Source of the DNA: Methanobacteriota archaeon
Lineage (GTDB): Archaea > Thermoplasmatota > Thermoplasmata > Thermoplasmatales > Aciduliprofundaceae
NCBI GenBank assembly: GCA_013154005.1
Contig: JAADDK010000002.1
Location: 1,729-65,728 of the forward strand
Direction of reading: 5' to 3'
Length of the DNA: 64,000 nucleotides
A program made the position numbers and the translations under genes. The first letter of the stretch is position 1, and every line of letters starts with the position of its first letter. Of this stretch, positions 8,233-19,390 are shown in pieces. The notes under the pieces are model-generated. The model was not told the origin of the DNA. It ran no database searches and saw only the letters and a program-made list of their open reading frames with translations.

Positions 8233-10302
8233 GTGATGGATATGCTGGATTATGTAGGTTTGATAATGGGGTTGATATCAATAGTCCTCGCGGCAGTATT
8301 CGCAATGTATGTTCGTAAAAAAAGCCCGGGCGAGGGTTTGATGACCGAGATATCAGGGTACATCAGGCATGGGGCAATGACGTTTTTGAACAGAGAGTAC
8401 AGGTACCTGTCGATATACATAGTTGTGGTGGCGGTGCTTCTTTACATAGGCAGTTATTTCAGCTCGGGGCTCAGTAAGTTCACATGGATTGGCTTCGTCA
8501 CGGGTGCCATTCTCTCCGCACTGGCGGGTAATATAGGAATGCGCATCGCCACGCTCGCCAACGTGAGGACTGCCAAGGCGCTGGAAGATGACACCACTTC
8601 CGGGTTCAAGGTTGCGTTTTCCTCCGGTGCGGTTATGGGTCTCACCGTGGTGGGTCTCGGGCTGTCTGGCTTGAGTGTTGTTTATCTGGTATTCAGACAC
8701 ATGGTCTCACCCGCCGAACTATCCAATATACTGTTCGGATTTGGTTTTGGCGCGTCTTCCATTGCCCTGTTTGCCAGAGTGGGCGGCGGTATATACACCA
8801 AGGCCGCGGATGTGGGCGCTGATCTTGTGGGTAAAATAGAGACGGGCATACCGGAAGATGACCCGCGCAACCCTGCGGCAATCGCGGACAACGTGGGCGA
8901 TAATGTTGGTGATACTGCTGGAATGGGCGCTGACCTGTTTGAGAGTTACGTTGATTCGATAATTGCCACCATAGCCATAGGCGTGATGTTTGCTGCAGTT
9001 GCCTCGGACATAGTGCTTCTTCCGCTTCTGGTTGCAGCAATAGGTATAATCGCCTCCATAATCGGCATCGGCGCGGTGGTTGCGCTCAGAAACAAGAACC
9101 CGTCCTCGGCCATGAATGCAGGTGTGATTGTCAGTGCGGTGGTGATGGTCATATTTGCAGCCATTGCCCTGTACTGGCTCGGGCCAAACGGGTTCCATAT
9201 TGATATAATGGGCAACGGCAAGACCACGCTTATCCCGTGGTATTACATCTTAATCGCGCTCATTGGCGGTCTCGTTGCGGGCATAGTTATAGGGTTTGCG
9301 ACCGAGTACTACACGTCGGATAAGTACAAGCCAACTCAGGAGATTGCAAAAGCCAGCACCACGGGCGCAGCTACGAACCTGATAACAGGTATGGCAGTTG
9401 GAATGCTGAGCACGGTTATACCCATCATAACGGTATCAGTGGCAATAATCGTGGCGTATTACCTTGCCGGACTTTACGGCATTGCCATTGCGGCGGTGGG
9501 TATGCTCAGCACACTGGGCATGACTCTGAGCATGGACACCTACGGTCCGGTGGCCGACAACGCCGCGGGCATAGCGGAGATGGCAAAGTTGGGCGAGGAC
9601 GTGCGTGAGAAGGCGGAGGGACTGGACGCGGTTGGCAACACCACGGCGGCCATAGGCAAGGGCTTTGCAATAGGCTCCGCCGCCCTGACCGCACTGTCTC
9701 TGTTCGCCACGTTCACACACAGCTTGCCGAAAAGCGAGAGCGTGCTTGAGATTTCCAATCCCGCGGTGATGGTGGGTATATTCATAGGTGCATTGATGCC
9801 GTTCCTGTTCTCTGCACTGGCGCTCAAAGCCGTGGGCATCGCTGCGGAGGATATGGTCAACGAGGTGCGCAGGCAGTTCAAGGAGATTCCGGGCATACTT
9901 GAGGGCAAGGGCAAGCCCGACTACAATCGCTGTGTGGCTATATCCACCGAGGCGGCCATACGCAAGATGATGCTTCCGACGATTCTTGCCATAGTGGTGC
10001 CCATTGCGGTGGGTGTGATTCCGGGACTGGGCGCGAAGGCTGTGGGCGGCCTGCTGGCCGGCTCAATAGCTTCCGGATTTCTGCTTGCAATCTACATGGC
10101 GAATGCAGGTGGTGCGTGGGACAACGCCAAAAAGTACATTGAGAAGGGTAACTATGGTGGCAAGGGAAGCGAGGCGCACAAGGCTGCGATTGTGGGTGAC
10201 ACTGTGGGTGATCCGCTGAAGGATACCGCGGGACCTTCGCTCAACATACTTATAAAGTTGATGAGCATTGTCTCGCTGATAATGGTGTCTTTCTTCCATT
10301 AA
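8233..10302 (+). CDS. hppA: Membrane-bound proton/cation-translocating pyrophosphatase
   Basis: Motifs seen: [52 protein letters not shown] and [22 protein letters not shown]. It has many TM helices. Confidence 0.95.
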   Translation: MMDMLDYVGLIMGLISIVLAAVFAMYVRKKSPGEGLMTEISGYIRHGAMTFLNREYRYLSIYIVVVAVLLYIGSYFSSGLSKFTWIGFVTGAILSALAGNIGMRIATLANVRTAKALEDDTTSGFKVAFSSGAVMGLTVVGLGLSGLSVVYLVFRHMVSPAELSNILFGFGFGASSIALFARVGGGIYTKAADVGADLVGKIETGIPEDDPRNPAAIADNVGDNVGDTAGMGADLFESYVDSIIATIAIGVMFAAVASDIVLLPLLVAAIGIIASIIGIGAVVALRNKNPSSAMNAGVIVSAVVMVIFAAIALYWLGPNGFHIDIMGNGKTTLIPWYYILIALIGGLVAGIVIGFATEYYTSDKYKPTQEIAKASTTGAATNLITGMAVGMLSTVIPIITVSVAIIVAYYLAGLYGIAIAAVGMLSTLGMTLSMDTYGPVADNAAGIAEMAKLGEDVREKAEGLDAVGNTTAAIGKGFAIGSAALTALSLFATFTHSLPKSESVLEISNPAVMVGIFIGALMPFLFSALALKAVGIAAEDMVNEVRRQFKEIPGILEGKGKPDYNRCVAISTEAAIRKMMLPTILAIVVPIAVGVIPGLGAKAVGGLLAGSIASGFLLAIYMANAGGAWDNAKKYIEKGNYGGKGSEAHKAAIVGDTVGDPLKDTAGPSLNILIKLMSIVSLIMVSFFH

Positions 10303-10338
10303 CAATTTTTTTATACTTTCAGAATATCTCTTTTTTAA

Positions 10339-11796
10339 ATGCGTATCTCTCTGGTATTTGCCGTACTGTTAATTTCGTTTGTGCCGATGCTTATTTCGCC
10401 CGGCGTGTACGGACAGGTATATCCGGAGAGCTTTGAAAAGAGCATAAATGGAGGCACATCCTACGAATTTCATTTTGCGGTTTTCAATGATAAAAATTGC
10501 ACGCTTTTCTATTCTATTATTCTTCCCGATGAAGGAGAGTGGGGGATGACTGCAAATCCCGTAAGCGGTATTCTCAATCCCGGAGATGCGAGGGACATAA
10601 CATTAAAACTGGATGCTCCGAAAGCCTCCCTGCATGAAAACTGGGTTTTCGATATAAAGGTGGAATTTTACAATACCACCGGACTGGTGGAGGTTAACTA
10701 CGTGACTCTTCATATTCACCTCAACGCCCGTGCATTCGAGCTTCTCTATTTCACCATCCCCTTTCCTGAAAGCTGGGGTTACTGGGGCAATTTTCTCAAT
10801 ATCGTGATATTCTGGGCGGTCGTGGGACTTGTGATATATCTGGTATTTTCCGCGCTCAAACGCCTTGTGCAGATGACCAAGACGAAGGTTGATGACATAC
10901 TTTTGCAGATTCTCCATACTCCGGTGACAATATGGGTTATCTCGTACGGCATATTCAATTCCTCGCTTGTGTTTCCTCTGTCAAATCGGGTGTTCTCATA
11001 CATTTATCTCGTTTATAACATAGTCACAATAATAATCATTACATGGATTATTTACCGCATTTACAGGAGACTTATTATTCATTACGCGTTCATTTATCGG
11101 GGCAAGCTGGGGCGCATGGAAGGTGCCATAATCTCCGCACTGGATAAACTCGGCGTGTTCACCATTCTATCAATTGGCGGCATAATGCTTCTGCAGGCGG
11201 TGGGCATCGACGTCACGGTGCTTCTGGCGAGCATGGGCATATTAGGTATCATTCTGGGTTTTGCGGCGCAGGATACAATTGGCAATTTCTTTTCGGGCAT
11301 ACATATTCTTCTCGACCGCTCGATAGAGGTGGGCGATTACATTCTCCTTGAAAATGATGAAAACGTGTACCTTGTAAAGGACGTGGGGCTGCGCAGCACC
11401 AAGCTATATGACCTATTTGCAAACACACTTATCTTTCTGCCAAATAACATAATTGCCAACCACAAAATAATAAATCTGAGCCGGCCAAACAGCAAGCTAA
11501 AGCTCAGGGTTGACGTGGGGGTATCTTACGGTGCCGATATAGAGAAGGTCAAAAAAGCGCTTCTGGAAGTGGCTCTGGAGAATGAGCATGTGATGAAGGA
11601 CGATAAATACAAACCTGCGGTGATATTTCACAGTTTTGGAGAGTCGAGTTTGAATTTCCGGCTTTACCTCTGGATTGATGACCTCAAAGACCAGTGGGAA
11701 GTGCAGAGCGAGATACGGAGCCAGATAGTGAATAAGTTCCGTGAGCTGGGAATAGAGATACCGTTCCCGCAGGTGGACGTGCACATCAAAAGGTAA
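10339..11796 (+). CDS. MscS-family mechanosensitive channel with an N-terminal extracytoplasmic domain
   Basis: It has a signal-like N-terminus, then TM helices. The MscS core is QDTIGNFFSGIHILLDRSIEVGDYILL, followed by a beta/alpha C-terminal domain. Confidence 0.8.
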   Translation: MRISLVFAVLLISFVPMLISPGVYGQVYPESFEKSINGGTSYEFHFAVFNDKNCTLFYSIILPDEGEWGMTANPVSGILNPGDARDITLKLDAPKASLHENWVFDIKVEFYNTTGLVEVNYVTLHIHLNARAFELLYFTIPFPESWGYWGNFLNIVIFWAVVGLVIYLVFSALKRLVQMTKTKVDDILLQILHTPVTIWVISYGIFNSSLVFPLSNRVFSYIYLVYNIVTIIIITWIIYRIYRRLIIHYAFIYRGKLGRMEGAIISALDKLGVFTILSIGGIMLLQAVGIDVTVLLASMGILGIILGFAAQDTIGNFFSGIHILLDRSIEVGDYILLENDENVYLVKDVGLRSTKLYDLFANTLIFLPNNIIANHKIINLSRPNSKLKLRVDVGVSYGADIEKVKKALLEVALENEHVMKDDKYKPAVIFHSFGESSLNFRLYLWIDDLKDQWEVQSEIRSQIVNKFRELGIEIPFPQVDVHIKR

Positions 11797-11821
11797 ATAT
11801 TTTGAATATTTTACCCTGCTT

Positions 11822-13246
11822 ATGTATCTTTCCATAGACGAGGGCACCACGAACGTTAAGGGAGTGCTTTTTGATTCGGATTTTAAACCTGTAAAAGTGA
11901 GGAGAGTGGGATTGAGAACGGTTTTTCCGCGTGAGGGGTGGGTTGAGCAGGCTCCTGAGGAGATATGGGAGCGCGTTAAGTCCGTAATTTCGAATATCCG
12001 CGAAGATATTGATGCTATTGGCATAACCAATCAGCGAGAGACCACCGTGGTGTGGAGCGTCGAGTCAGGGAAGCCGTTGCATAATGCCATAGTGTGGTCA
12101 TGCAGGCGCACTGCCGATTATATGGCGCACCTCGCGGAAGAATACAGCGAACTGGTAAAATCCAGGACCGGGCTGGAGATGGATGCGTATTTTTCAGCCT
12201 CGAAGATTCGCTGGATTCTGGAGCACGTGCCCGGTGCGGAAGAGCTTGCAAGGCTCGGAAAGTTGAGATTTGGCACGATAGACTCGTATTTGATTTGGAA
12301 GCTCACGGATGGAGAGGTGCATGCCACTGACCACACCAATGCGTCAAGGACGATGCTCTACAACATTCGCAGGGCTGACTGGGACGATGAGCTCATGGCG
12401 CTTTTTGGTGTGCCAGAAAGCATGCTTCCGGAGATACGCGATTCTGCGGCAGAGTATGGCGCTGTGAGAATAAATTCGCGAGATGTACCCATTACGGGTG
12501 TGATTGGAGACCAGCAATCTGCGCTTCTCGCTCATGGTTGTCATGGTGAGGGAGACGCGAAGGTTACCTATGGAACAGGCACGTTCATACTCGTCAATAC
12601 CGGAACGCGAATAATCGAAGAGCGTGGGCTTCTGTCCACGGTGGCATGGTCCATCGACTCGCGGCGCACTTACGCGCTGGAGGGAAGCATTCTGTCTTCC
12701 GGCACGGTGGTTGAATGGCTCAAATCCATGGGTCTCTGGGTCGATACTGTCGGCGAGGAAACCTCACTTTATTTTGTGCCTGCGTTTTTCGGGCTCGGCT
12801 CGCCTTACTGGGATCCGTATGCGCGGGGCACAATACTGGGATTGAGCGCGTACACGAACAAAGAGCACATCACGCGTGCGGCGCTGGAATCGATAGGGTT
12901 TATGGTGCGCGATATACTGGAGATAGTGAGTTCCCATGTGCCGCTCACATCGATTAAGGTCGATGGTGGCATGACCCGCAACTCGTTCCTGATGCAGTTT
13001 CAGGCGGATATTCTTGGGGTTCCGGTGAGCGTTCCTAAGTTTGGAGAGCTTACCGCTATGGGTGCTGCTCTCCTCGCCGCCCTCGCACAGGGCGGGGTTT
13101 CGATGTCTGAAATTCGCCATGTGGTGGAGTATCCGGAGGTGCACGTTCCTGAAAAATCGGAGCGCTGGAGAAAAAATAAATACGAAAAATGGCATGAGGC
13201 GGTGCGCAGAAGCATGGATTGGGCGAGTGCCACATGGGAAAATTGA
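11822..13246 (+). CDS. FGGY-family carbohydrate kinase (glycerol kinase-like)
   Basis: Motifs seen: LSIDEGTTNVKGVLFD, NQRETTVVWS..GKPLHNAIVWSCRRTA, GVIGDQQSALLAHGC and KVDGGMTRNSFLMQFQADILG. Confidence 0.8.
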   Translation: MYLSIDEGTTNVKGVLFDSDFKPVKVRRVGLRTVFPREGWVEQAPEEIWERVKSVISNIREDIDAIGITNQRETTVVWSVESGKPLHNAIVWSCRRTADYMAHLAEEYSELVKSRTGLEMDAYFSASKIRWILEHVPGAEELARLGKLRFGTIDSYLIWKLTDGEVHATDHTNASRTMLYNIRRADWDDELMALFGVPESMLPEIRDSAAEYGAVRINSRDVPITGVIGDQQSALLAHGCHGEGDAKVTYGTGTFILVNTGTRIIEERGLLSTVAWSIDSRRTYALEGSILSSGTVVEWLKSMGLWVDTVGEETSLYFVPAFFGLGSPYWDPYARGTILGLSAYTNKEHITRAALESIGFMVRDILEIVSSHVPLTSIKVDGGMTRNSFLMQFQADILGVPVSVPKFGELTAMGAALLAALAQGGVSMSEIRHVVEYPEVHVPEKSERWRKNKYEKWHEAVRRSMDWASATWEN

Positions 13247-13286
13247 TATATAGGGGAATGTTTTTAGGGCGATTAAGGCGATAACC

Positions 13287-13733
13287 ATGGCGGACTTCAA
13301 ATACATCGTTCGGATTGCCGAAACGGATATTGACGGTAACAGGCCCCTGCTCTATGCCCTTATGAGTATAAAGGGCATTGGATACAGGGTTGCAGAGGGT
13401 ATAGTAAAAAAGATGAGCCTTAATCCGAAGGTAAAGATAGGTGACCTCAGCGACGAGGAGATTGAGAAGCTCAGGGGCTATATTGAAAATGATATAGAGG
13501 ACATACTTCCTGTGTGGATGAAAAATCACAGGAGAGTTTATCTCACCGGCGAGGATAAGCATATTCTTGCCACGGACCTCGATTTGCAGATTCAGGATGA
13601 TATTAACAGGCTCAAGAGAATAAGAGCATATCGTGGAATACGCCACGAACGCGGTCTGGCAGTGCGTGGTCAGCGCACACGCTCAAATGGAAGAAGAGGC
13701 CTTGCGGTGGGCGTGAGCAGGAGAAAGAGGTGA
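13287..13733 (+). CDS. rps13: 30S ribosomal protein S13 (uS13)
   Basis: Motifs seen: IVRIAETDIDGNRPLLYALMSIKGIGYRVA and RIRAYRGIRHERGLAVRGQRTRSNGR. Confidence 0.95.
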   Translation: MADFKYIVRIAETDIDGNRPLLYALMSIKGIGYRVAEGIVKKMSLNPKVKIGDLSDEEIEKLRGYIENDIEDILPVWMKNHRRVYLTGEDKHILATDLDLQIQDDINRLKRIRAYRGIRHERGLAVRGQRTRSNGRRGLAVGVSRRKR

Positions 13734-13737
13734 GTAT

Positions 13738-14328
13738 ATGGGTGACCCGCGTTTTAACAGGAAAAAGTATGAGACTCCAAAGCATCCTTGGGAAGCTGAT
13801 CGAATCAAAGAAGAATGGGAGCTTCAGCGCAAATACGGGCTAAAAAATAAGAGGGAAATCTGGAAGGCCAAATCCATGCTGAGAAACCTGCGTGCTCAGG
13901 CGAGATATCTGCAGGCTAAGCTCAGGTATGGTGACCCGCAGGCAGAGAAGCAGCAGAAACAGCTCTTCGAGCGTCTCATACGCCTTGGTATTTTGAACGA
14001 AGATGGTGCCACACTCGATGCGGTACTTTCGCTGAGCGTGGAAGATATTCTTCGCAGAAGATTGCAAACTGTGGTGTATCTTAAAGGTCTTGCCCGTACG
14101 CCGAAGCAGGCCCGGCAGTTCATAGTGCATGGACACATATCCATAAACGGACGTAGGGTTACCATACCCGGTTATCTGGTGCGCAGGGAAGAAGAGCCCG
14201 CGGTGGATTACTATGAGCATTCTCCGCTGGCGGATGAGATGCATCCCATGCGCCCGCAGGTAATTGAAACGGCAAACACCGCAGAACCTGTAGCGGAGTC
14301 TGAAGAGGTTAAGGAAGGTGGTGAATAA
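13738..14328 (+). CDS. rps4: 30S ribosomal protein S4 (uS4)
   Basis: N-terminus is [18 protein letters not shown]. An S4 RNA-binding domain is present: [40 protein letters not shown]. Confidence 0.95.
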   Translation: MGDPRFNRKKYETPKHPWEADRIKEEWELQRKYGLKNKREIWKAKSMLRNLRAQARYLQAKLRYGDPQAEKQQKQLFERLIRLGILNEDGATLDAVLSLSVEDILRRRLQTVVYLKGLARTPKQARQFIVHGHISINGRRVTIPGYLVRREEEPAVDYYEHSPLADEMHPMRPQVIETANTAEPVAESEEVKEGGE

Positions 14329-14714
14329 TGGCAAGTAAAGTTGGAGTGGTGCATATTTATTCTTCTCACAATGATACTATAATAACCGCAACCGATATCA
14401 CAGGTGCAGAAACACTGGGGAAGGCCTCTGGTGGTATGGTTGTGAAGGCAGATAGAGAGGAACCGTCTCCTTACGCGGCGATGAAGGCTGCTGAGATGGT
14501 TGCCGAGCAGCTCAAAGAGAAGGAAATAACCGAAATTATTGTGAAGGTGCGTGCCCCCGGTGGCAATAAGAGCCTGACTCCCGGTCCGGGTTCTCAGGCC
14601 GCCATTCGAGCCCTGGCAAGGGCGGGTATGAAGATTCTTCGCATCGAAGATGTAACGCCGATTCCGCATGATTCAACGCGCAAGAAGGGAGGAAAAAGAG
14701 GCAGGAGGATATAA
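14328..14714 (+). CDS. rps11: 30S ribosomal protein S11 (uS11)
   Basis: Motifs seen: [21 protein letters not shown] and VKVRAPGG...[34 protein letters not shown]. Confidence 0.95.
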   Translation: MASKVGVVHIYSSHNDTIITATDITGAETLGKASGGMVVKADREEPSPYAAMKAAEMVAEQLKEKEITEIIVKVRAPGGNKSLTPGPGSQAAIRALARAGMKILRIEDVTPIPHDSTRKKGGKRGRRI

Positions 14715-15542
14715 ATGGAGTTGAATATACTTGAACTGAAGGACCGGTTTGTGCGATTTGAAATAAAGGGAATTACACCTGCCATGGCAAACGCGCTGCG
14801 TCGCACGCTAATCAATGATATACCCAAGCTTGCCATACATAAGGTAATATTTCATCACGGCCAGATTCGTGATTCGGAGGACAACGTATACGATTCTTCC
14901 ACGCCGCTTTTTGATGAGATTATCGCGCATCGACTGGGATTGATTCCTCTGCCCACGGACCTGAACATGAAATTTAGAGATGAGTGTGAGCACCCTCCAG
15001 ATGAGGGCTGTCCGCTTTGCACGGTGACGTACACGCTCAACAAACATGGCCCGGCGGTGGTGTACTCCGGCGATTTAATTGCAGTGGGTGGAGAAAAGTT
15101 CAGGCCCGTTGATCAGGTTATTCCTATCGTAAAATTGAAAGAAACTCAGGCGATACTGCTTGAAGCAGAGGCAATAATGGGCACCGCCAAGCAGCATGCC
15201 AAGTGGCAGGTGACCAGTGGTGTGACGTACAAGTATCATCGTGAAATCGTTGTTAATAAAGATTTTAGTGAGTACTGGGAAGAGGTAAAAGAGGCCTGTC
15301 CCCAGTGCGTTATCTATGAGGATAAAGACAAGATAATTTTCACCGATGATAAGGAATGCAAGGCGCTTGCAAAGATACTTTCGTATGATGAGCACGAGAT
15401 AAAAGAAGATGACTCTTGGTTCATATTCCAGTTTGAGACAGACGGTAGCCTGAGTGCAAAAGACACACTCGATTACGCGCTCAACCGTCTCAGGGAGCGT
15501 TTCAAGGTGCTCAGGGAATCTGCGGCACTATCTACAAAATAA
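14715..15542 (+). CDS. rpoD: DNA-directed RNA polymerase subunit D (Rpo3)
   Basis: Contains [27 protein letters not shown] and sits in the conserved S13-S4-S11-RpoD order. Cys clusters are [12 protein letters not shown] and CPQC...ECK. Confidence 0.9.
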   Translation: MELNILELKDRFVRFEIKGITPAMANALRRTLINDIPKLAIHKVIFHHGQIRDSEDNVYDSSTPLFDEIIAHRLGLIPLPTDLNMKFRDECEHPPDEGCPLCTVTYTLNKHGPAVVYSGDLIAVGGEKFRPVDQVIPIVKLKETQAILLEAEAIMGTAKQHAKWQVTSGVTYKYHREIVVNKDFSEYWEEVKEACPQCVIYEDKDKIIFTDDKECKALAKILSYDEHEIKEDDSWFIFQFETDGSLSAKDTLDYALNRLRERFKVLRESAALSTK

Positions 15543-15581
15543 TTTTATACTTTTTAGAAATTTTTATGGGGGGCTCATGGG

Positions 15582-16586
15582 ATGAAACTCACCGAGTTGA
15601 AGTGCCCGACCTGCGGGGCTAAACTTGTACCAGAGTCAGTTAATGCTAAAATAATAATGTGCAGTTATTGCGGCACGGTAGTTTATCTGGAAGAGGAGCG
15701 CAAGGTGGTTTATGTAGATGGGGTGTCGCAGAAAGAGCGTGGTGAGACTGAGCTGGCTTTGATTTCTCTGCATTCTGCAAATTATCAAGATGCAAAGGTA
15801 AAGTTCGAGCAGGCGATATCCAACAATGTGGGCAACAACGTCGCATGGTTCGGCAAGGCGGCGGCAGACGTGCATCTGGGGAGACTGGGCGAATCTCAAC
15901 TGGCTTTTAAAAAGGCAATCTCCCTCGGCTCACCCGCGGAGATGGTGATAAGCTGGGGCAATTATCTGATGGATACTGCTCGATACTATCAATACTCCAT
16001 GTATTCGCGGGCAAACGCATATCGAGGCAATCCGGCAGCATCTCCCAATGAAATAAACAGACTTTACCAATTATCACAGGAATATGGCAAATATCGAGAT
16101 GTGATTAATGGAGAGATGTATGCGTATCTATTATCAACGGCCAAAAGCAACACGATTGACGAAAACATACTTGGGTACGTGCTTCAACTGAGCTTGAACC
16201 AGAAAGATTATGCAAATGCCTACGCTCTGGCGGATAAGCTGCTGAGTCGAGAGCCTGCCAGTAAAGTTGGTCTCTATTATAAGGGTGTTGCGGCACTCTA
16301 CCTTGGCCAACCGGAGGTGAGCATATCTTCGCTGACGCCACTGCTGGAATCTTTGCCCAACAACTACAACGTTTACATATACCTTGCTTACGCATATTAC
16401 CGTGCCGGCAATAGAGATTATGCGCTGGACCTGCTTCTTACCGCATGCGGACGGTATGGAAACCGTGCGGTGTTCGATGCCCTATCCTCTCTTTACAAGG
16501 AGTGGTATAAAGACGATAAACGTGGTGCAAAATCATGGAAATCCTCGCGGAAAAAAGATATTAAAAGATATCGTGTGCAGCTGTGA
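15582..16586 (+). CDS. Zinc-ribbon plus TPR-repeat protein, function unknown
   Basis: N-terminal zinc ribbon is CPTCGAKL-x14-CSYCGTVV. TPR-like helical repeats follow (NYQDAKVKFEQAISNN, KDYANAYALADKLLSREP). Confidence 0.6.
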   Translation: MKLTELKCPTCGAKLVPESVNAKIIMCSYCGTVVYLEEERKVVYVDGVSQKERGETELALISLHSANYQDAKVKFEQAISNNVGNNVAWFGKAAADVHLGRLGESQLAFKKAISLGSPAEMVISWGNYLMDTARYYQYSMYSRANAYRGNPAASPNEINRLYQLSQEYGKYRDVINGEMYAYLLSTAKSNTIDENILGYVLQLSLNQKDYANAYALADKLLSREPASKVGLYYKGVAALYLGQPEVSISSLTPLLESLPNNYNVYIYLAYAYYRAGNRDYALDLLLTACGRYGNRAVFDALSSLYKEWYKDDKRGAKSWKSSRKKDIKRYRVQL

Positions 16587-16619
16587 TAACCTTTTATTTT
16601 TGAATGCTATGCTCCGGCA

Positions 16620-17690
16620 ATGCTTTATATAGTGTTCCTTACCGGTGTGTGCAATCTGCGATGTCGCTACTGTGGCGGCACCATACCAGAAGAGGTTATG
16701 CCCCACGAGATAGAGTATTCCGTCGATGTGCTCAAAGAGTTCGTAATGAAAGATGAAGAGCCGGTGATTGCATTTTACGGCGGTGAGCCACTGCTCAGGA
16801 TAAAGAAGATGATGGAGATCATGGATACGGTGCCCGCCAAAAAATTCGTGGTGCAGACCAACGGCTTTTTTTTGCATCAGGTGCCGCGCGATTATCTGAA
16901 CCGTTTAGATGCCATTCTGGTATCAATTGATGGCATACGGGAAGTCACAGATTTTTATCGCGGTAAGGGTGTGTACGATATTGTGGTGGACAGAGTGAAC
17001 AAGATTCGCAGTTCGTACAGGGGCGATATAATTGCGCGCATGGCGGTGAGTGAAGAAAGTGATATTTACAGAGATGTGCGCCATCTTCTCTCACTGCCCT
17101 TTGACCACGTGCACTGGCAGCTCAATGTTGTATGGGCGCCCGACGATTCGTGGCACGATTTTGACAGGTGGGTTAATGGCTCTTACAACCCGGGAATTAC
17201 GCGCCTCGCGGACTGGTGGATAGAAGAAATAAAAGATGGGCGCATTCCGGGCATTGTGCCGTTTCAGGGTGTAATTAAGAGAATGCTGTTCCACGAGACG
17301 GGGCTTCCCTGCGGAGCGGGCCGCAACGCTTTCGCCATAGCCACCGACGGACGCGTGCTGGCATGTCCAATCGGAGGCGAGTACGAGTGGAACAATCTGG
17401 GCACAATATGGAATCGCACTCCTGCCACGCTGCGCAATTCCGTGGAGATAGATGAGCCGTGCCGCTCATGCGATATATACAATATTTGCGGCGGACGCTG
17501 TTTATTCGCGAATAAAGAGCGATACTGGGGCATGGAGGGATTTGCGAAAATCTGCGGCACGGTTCGACATCTTGTCAAAGAGATGGAACGCGCCAGAAAA
17601 GTCATCGAGGAGCTGATTGAAGAGGGTAAATACCAGATGCAGGATTTCAATTATCCGCCGTTCAACAACACCACCGAAATCATACCGTAA
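16620..17690 (+). CDS. Radical SAM enzyme with a C-terminal SPASM-type auxiliary cluster domain (peptide/protein-modifying type; resembles the archaeal AF0577-like family)
   Basis: The radical SAM motif CNLRCRYCGG lies at residues 11-20. GGEPLL is present. C-terminal Cys motifs are GLPCGAG...ACP...CRSCDIYNICGGRC. Confidence 0.75.
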   Translation: MLYIVFLTGVCNLRCRYCGGTIPEEVMPHEIEYSVDVLKEFVMKDEEPVIAFYGGEPLLRIKKMMEIMDTVPAKKFVVQTNGFFLHQVPRDYLNRLDAILVSIDGIREVTDFYRGKGVYDIVVDRVNKIRSSYRGDIIARMAVSEESDIYRDVRHLLSLPFDHVHWQLNVVWAPDDSWHDFDRWVNGSYNPGITRLADWWIEEIKDGRIPGIVPFQGVIKRMLFHETGLPCGAGRNAFAIATDGRVLACPIGGEYEWNNLGTIWNRTPATLRNSVEIDEPCRSCDIYNICGGRCLFANKERYWGMEGFAKICGTVRHLVKEMERARKVIEELIEEGKYQMQDFNYPPFNNTTEIIP

Positions 17691-17721
17691 ATGCGATTAA
17701 GCATTACGCATTTATACCCTC

Positions 17722-18450
17722 GTGGACGAGATAAGCAGAGACGGGCTCACGCTTACCAAGTACGGTATGCTATTCATTGAAGATTACGAAACGGCAGTTA
17801 TAGCGGACCTGCATATTGGCTATGAAGACGTAATGTCCAGCAAAGGTATATTTCTGCCTCGAATACAGAAACGCTTTCTCATTGAGCGCCTTGAAGTGAT
17901 CATTGATAAATATCAGCCACGGCAACTCATCATCAACGGCGATTTCAAGCACGAATTTTCGCGTAATATGAGACAGGAATGGGACGAGATTGAGGAGGTG
18001 CTGGATTTTTTAAGTACTCGGGTGGACGTGGTGGTTGTGCGGGGCAACCATGACAATTTTCTAAAAACGATTCTTGGAAGAAGAGGGCTCACACTTTACG
18101 ATAAATACACAATTGGCAGGTACACCATGGTGCACGGGCACAGAGAGCACGAGGTGCGCCCCATCACCATAATCGGGCACGAGCACCCAAGCATAAGTTT
18201 AAGAGATGAGCTTTCTGCCACTGTGAAAGTGCCGTGCTTTCTTTATTCACCCGACCTGATTGTCCTGCCCGCCATGAGCATCTACGCATCCGGCACGGAC
18301 ATCACGAAAAACGAATTCATATCTCCGATTTTGCAGAAAAATAAAAGAGATTTTGAAATATACGGGATAGATGAGCATATGGGCGTGCTGCCCATGGGCC
18401 GGCTCAGTTCTCTCCCAGCACCTTCTGAAGATTATCCACCACTTCGTTGA
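17722..18450 (+). CDS. Calcineurin-like metallophosphoesterase (SbcD/MJ0037-like)
   Basis: Metallophosphoesterase motifs are present: DLHIGYE, INGDFKH, VRGNHDN, VHGH and GHEHP. Confidence 0.75.
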   Translation: MDEISRDGLTLTKYGMLFIEDYETAVIADLHIGYEDVMSSKGIFLPRIQKRFLIERLEVIIDKYQPRQLIINGDFKHEFSRNMRQEWDEIEEVLDFLSTRVDVVVVRGNHDNFLKTILGRRGLTLYDKYTIGRYTMVHGHREHEVRPITIIGHEHPSISLRDELSATVKVPCFLYSPDLIVLPAMSIYASGTDITKNEFISPILQKNKRDFEIYGIDEHMGVLPMGRLSSLPAPSEDYPPLR

Positions 18451-19246
18451 ACGCTTTTGCAGCCTCGCTGTCCTTGTATTCCAGCACGAAGGGTGTGCCA
18501 GAGTCGCCGCATTTCACAATATTCGCGTCCATGGGTATGCTCCCCAGAAACGGCACGTTGTACTTTTCTGCCGCTTTCTTTCCTCCTCCGGTGCCGAATA
18601 TCTCGCCGGCCATGTTCTCTATTATACCCACAACTTTCTTGTTCATCTGTCTTGCAAAGTTAATGGCCTTTGTGGCGTCCAGCACCGCAACTTCCTGGGG
18701 GGTGAGCACTATGAGCACGCCGTCCATATCAGGAATGAGCTGTGATACGCTCAGCGACTCATCGCCGGTGCCGGGAGGCATGTCAATGATGAGATAATCC
18801 AGCTCGCCCCAGTCCACTTCGTCCAGGAGCTGTTGTATTGCCTTGTGTTTCAGAGGCCCGCGCCATACCACGGGGAGGTCGTCCTGGGGCAGGGCCATCT
18901 GGATGGATATGACTTTTAAATTTGGTATTGGTTCCACAGGGACTATGAGCTTTTTATCGTTTACTTCCAGTTTTGCGTTCTGCACGCCCAGCATCTTGGG
19001 CACGTTGGGGCCGTGTATGTCCGCATCCAGCAGACCGACCTTGAACCCGCGCAGTGCGAGGGTTGCTGCCAGATTTACGGCCACGGTGGTTTTACCCACC
19101 CCGCCCTTACCGCTGAGTACCATGAGCTTGTGTTTTATTTTTTTCATTTTCTCCGCAATCCGTTTTTCGGTCTCTTTTGCCTGTTTAATTCTATCGGCCA
19201 TCGCTTTTGCCTGAACCGGATCAACTTGTACTCCCATATTCATCAC
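18404..19246 (-). CDS. Mrp/NBP35/ApbC-family Fe-S cluster carrier ATPase
   Basis: Motifs seen: deviant Walker [35 protein letters not shown] and [11 protein letters not shown]. Confidence 0.9.
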   Translation of the reverse strand: MMNMGVQVDPVQAKAMADRIKQAKETEKRIAEKMKKIKHKLMVLSGKGGVGKTTVAVNLAATLALRGFKVGLLDADIHGPNVPKMLGVQNAKLEVNDKKLIVPVEPIPNLKVISIQMALPQDDLPVVWRGPLKHKAIQQLLDEVDWGELDYLIIDMPPGTGDESLSVSQLIPDMDGVLIVLTPQEVAVLDATKAINFARQMNKKVVGIIENMAGEIFGTGGGKKAAEKYNVPFLGSIPMDANIVKCGDSGTPFVLEYKDSEAAKAFNEVVDNLQKVLGEN

Positions 19247-19358
19247 CTTGGAGCGGGATAGCCATGCTTATATATCATCTTTTTTGGACACATGTGGGGA
19301 ATCATACCTTTGTAATCGGCAAAAAAATACAAAAAGGGATATAGGGTGTAGCGCAAAA

Positions 19359-19366
19359 TTTTATAA
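19359..19366 (+). promoter_or_regulatory. TATA box candidate for the atp operon, implying a leaderless atpH start at 19391
   Basis: TTTTATAA abuts the ORF-track ATG at 19367. The next in-frame ATG at 19391 lies about 28 nt downstream of the box centre, which is the usual archaeal TATA-to-TSS distance. Confidence 0.45.
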
Positions 19367-19390
19367 ATGGGAATAACATCTACCAGGCGG

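Noticed and set aside
19367-19390. ORF-track start of atpH at 19367.
   Set aside because: The ATG directly abuts the only TATA-like element (TTTTATAA, 19359-19366). It would therefore lie upstream of the transcription start, so the in-frame ATG at 19391 fits a leaderless transcript.
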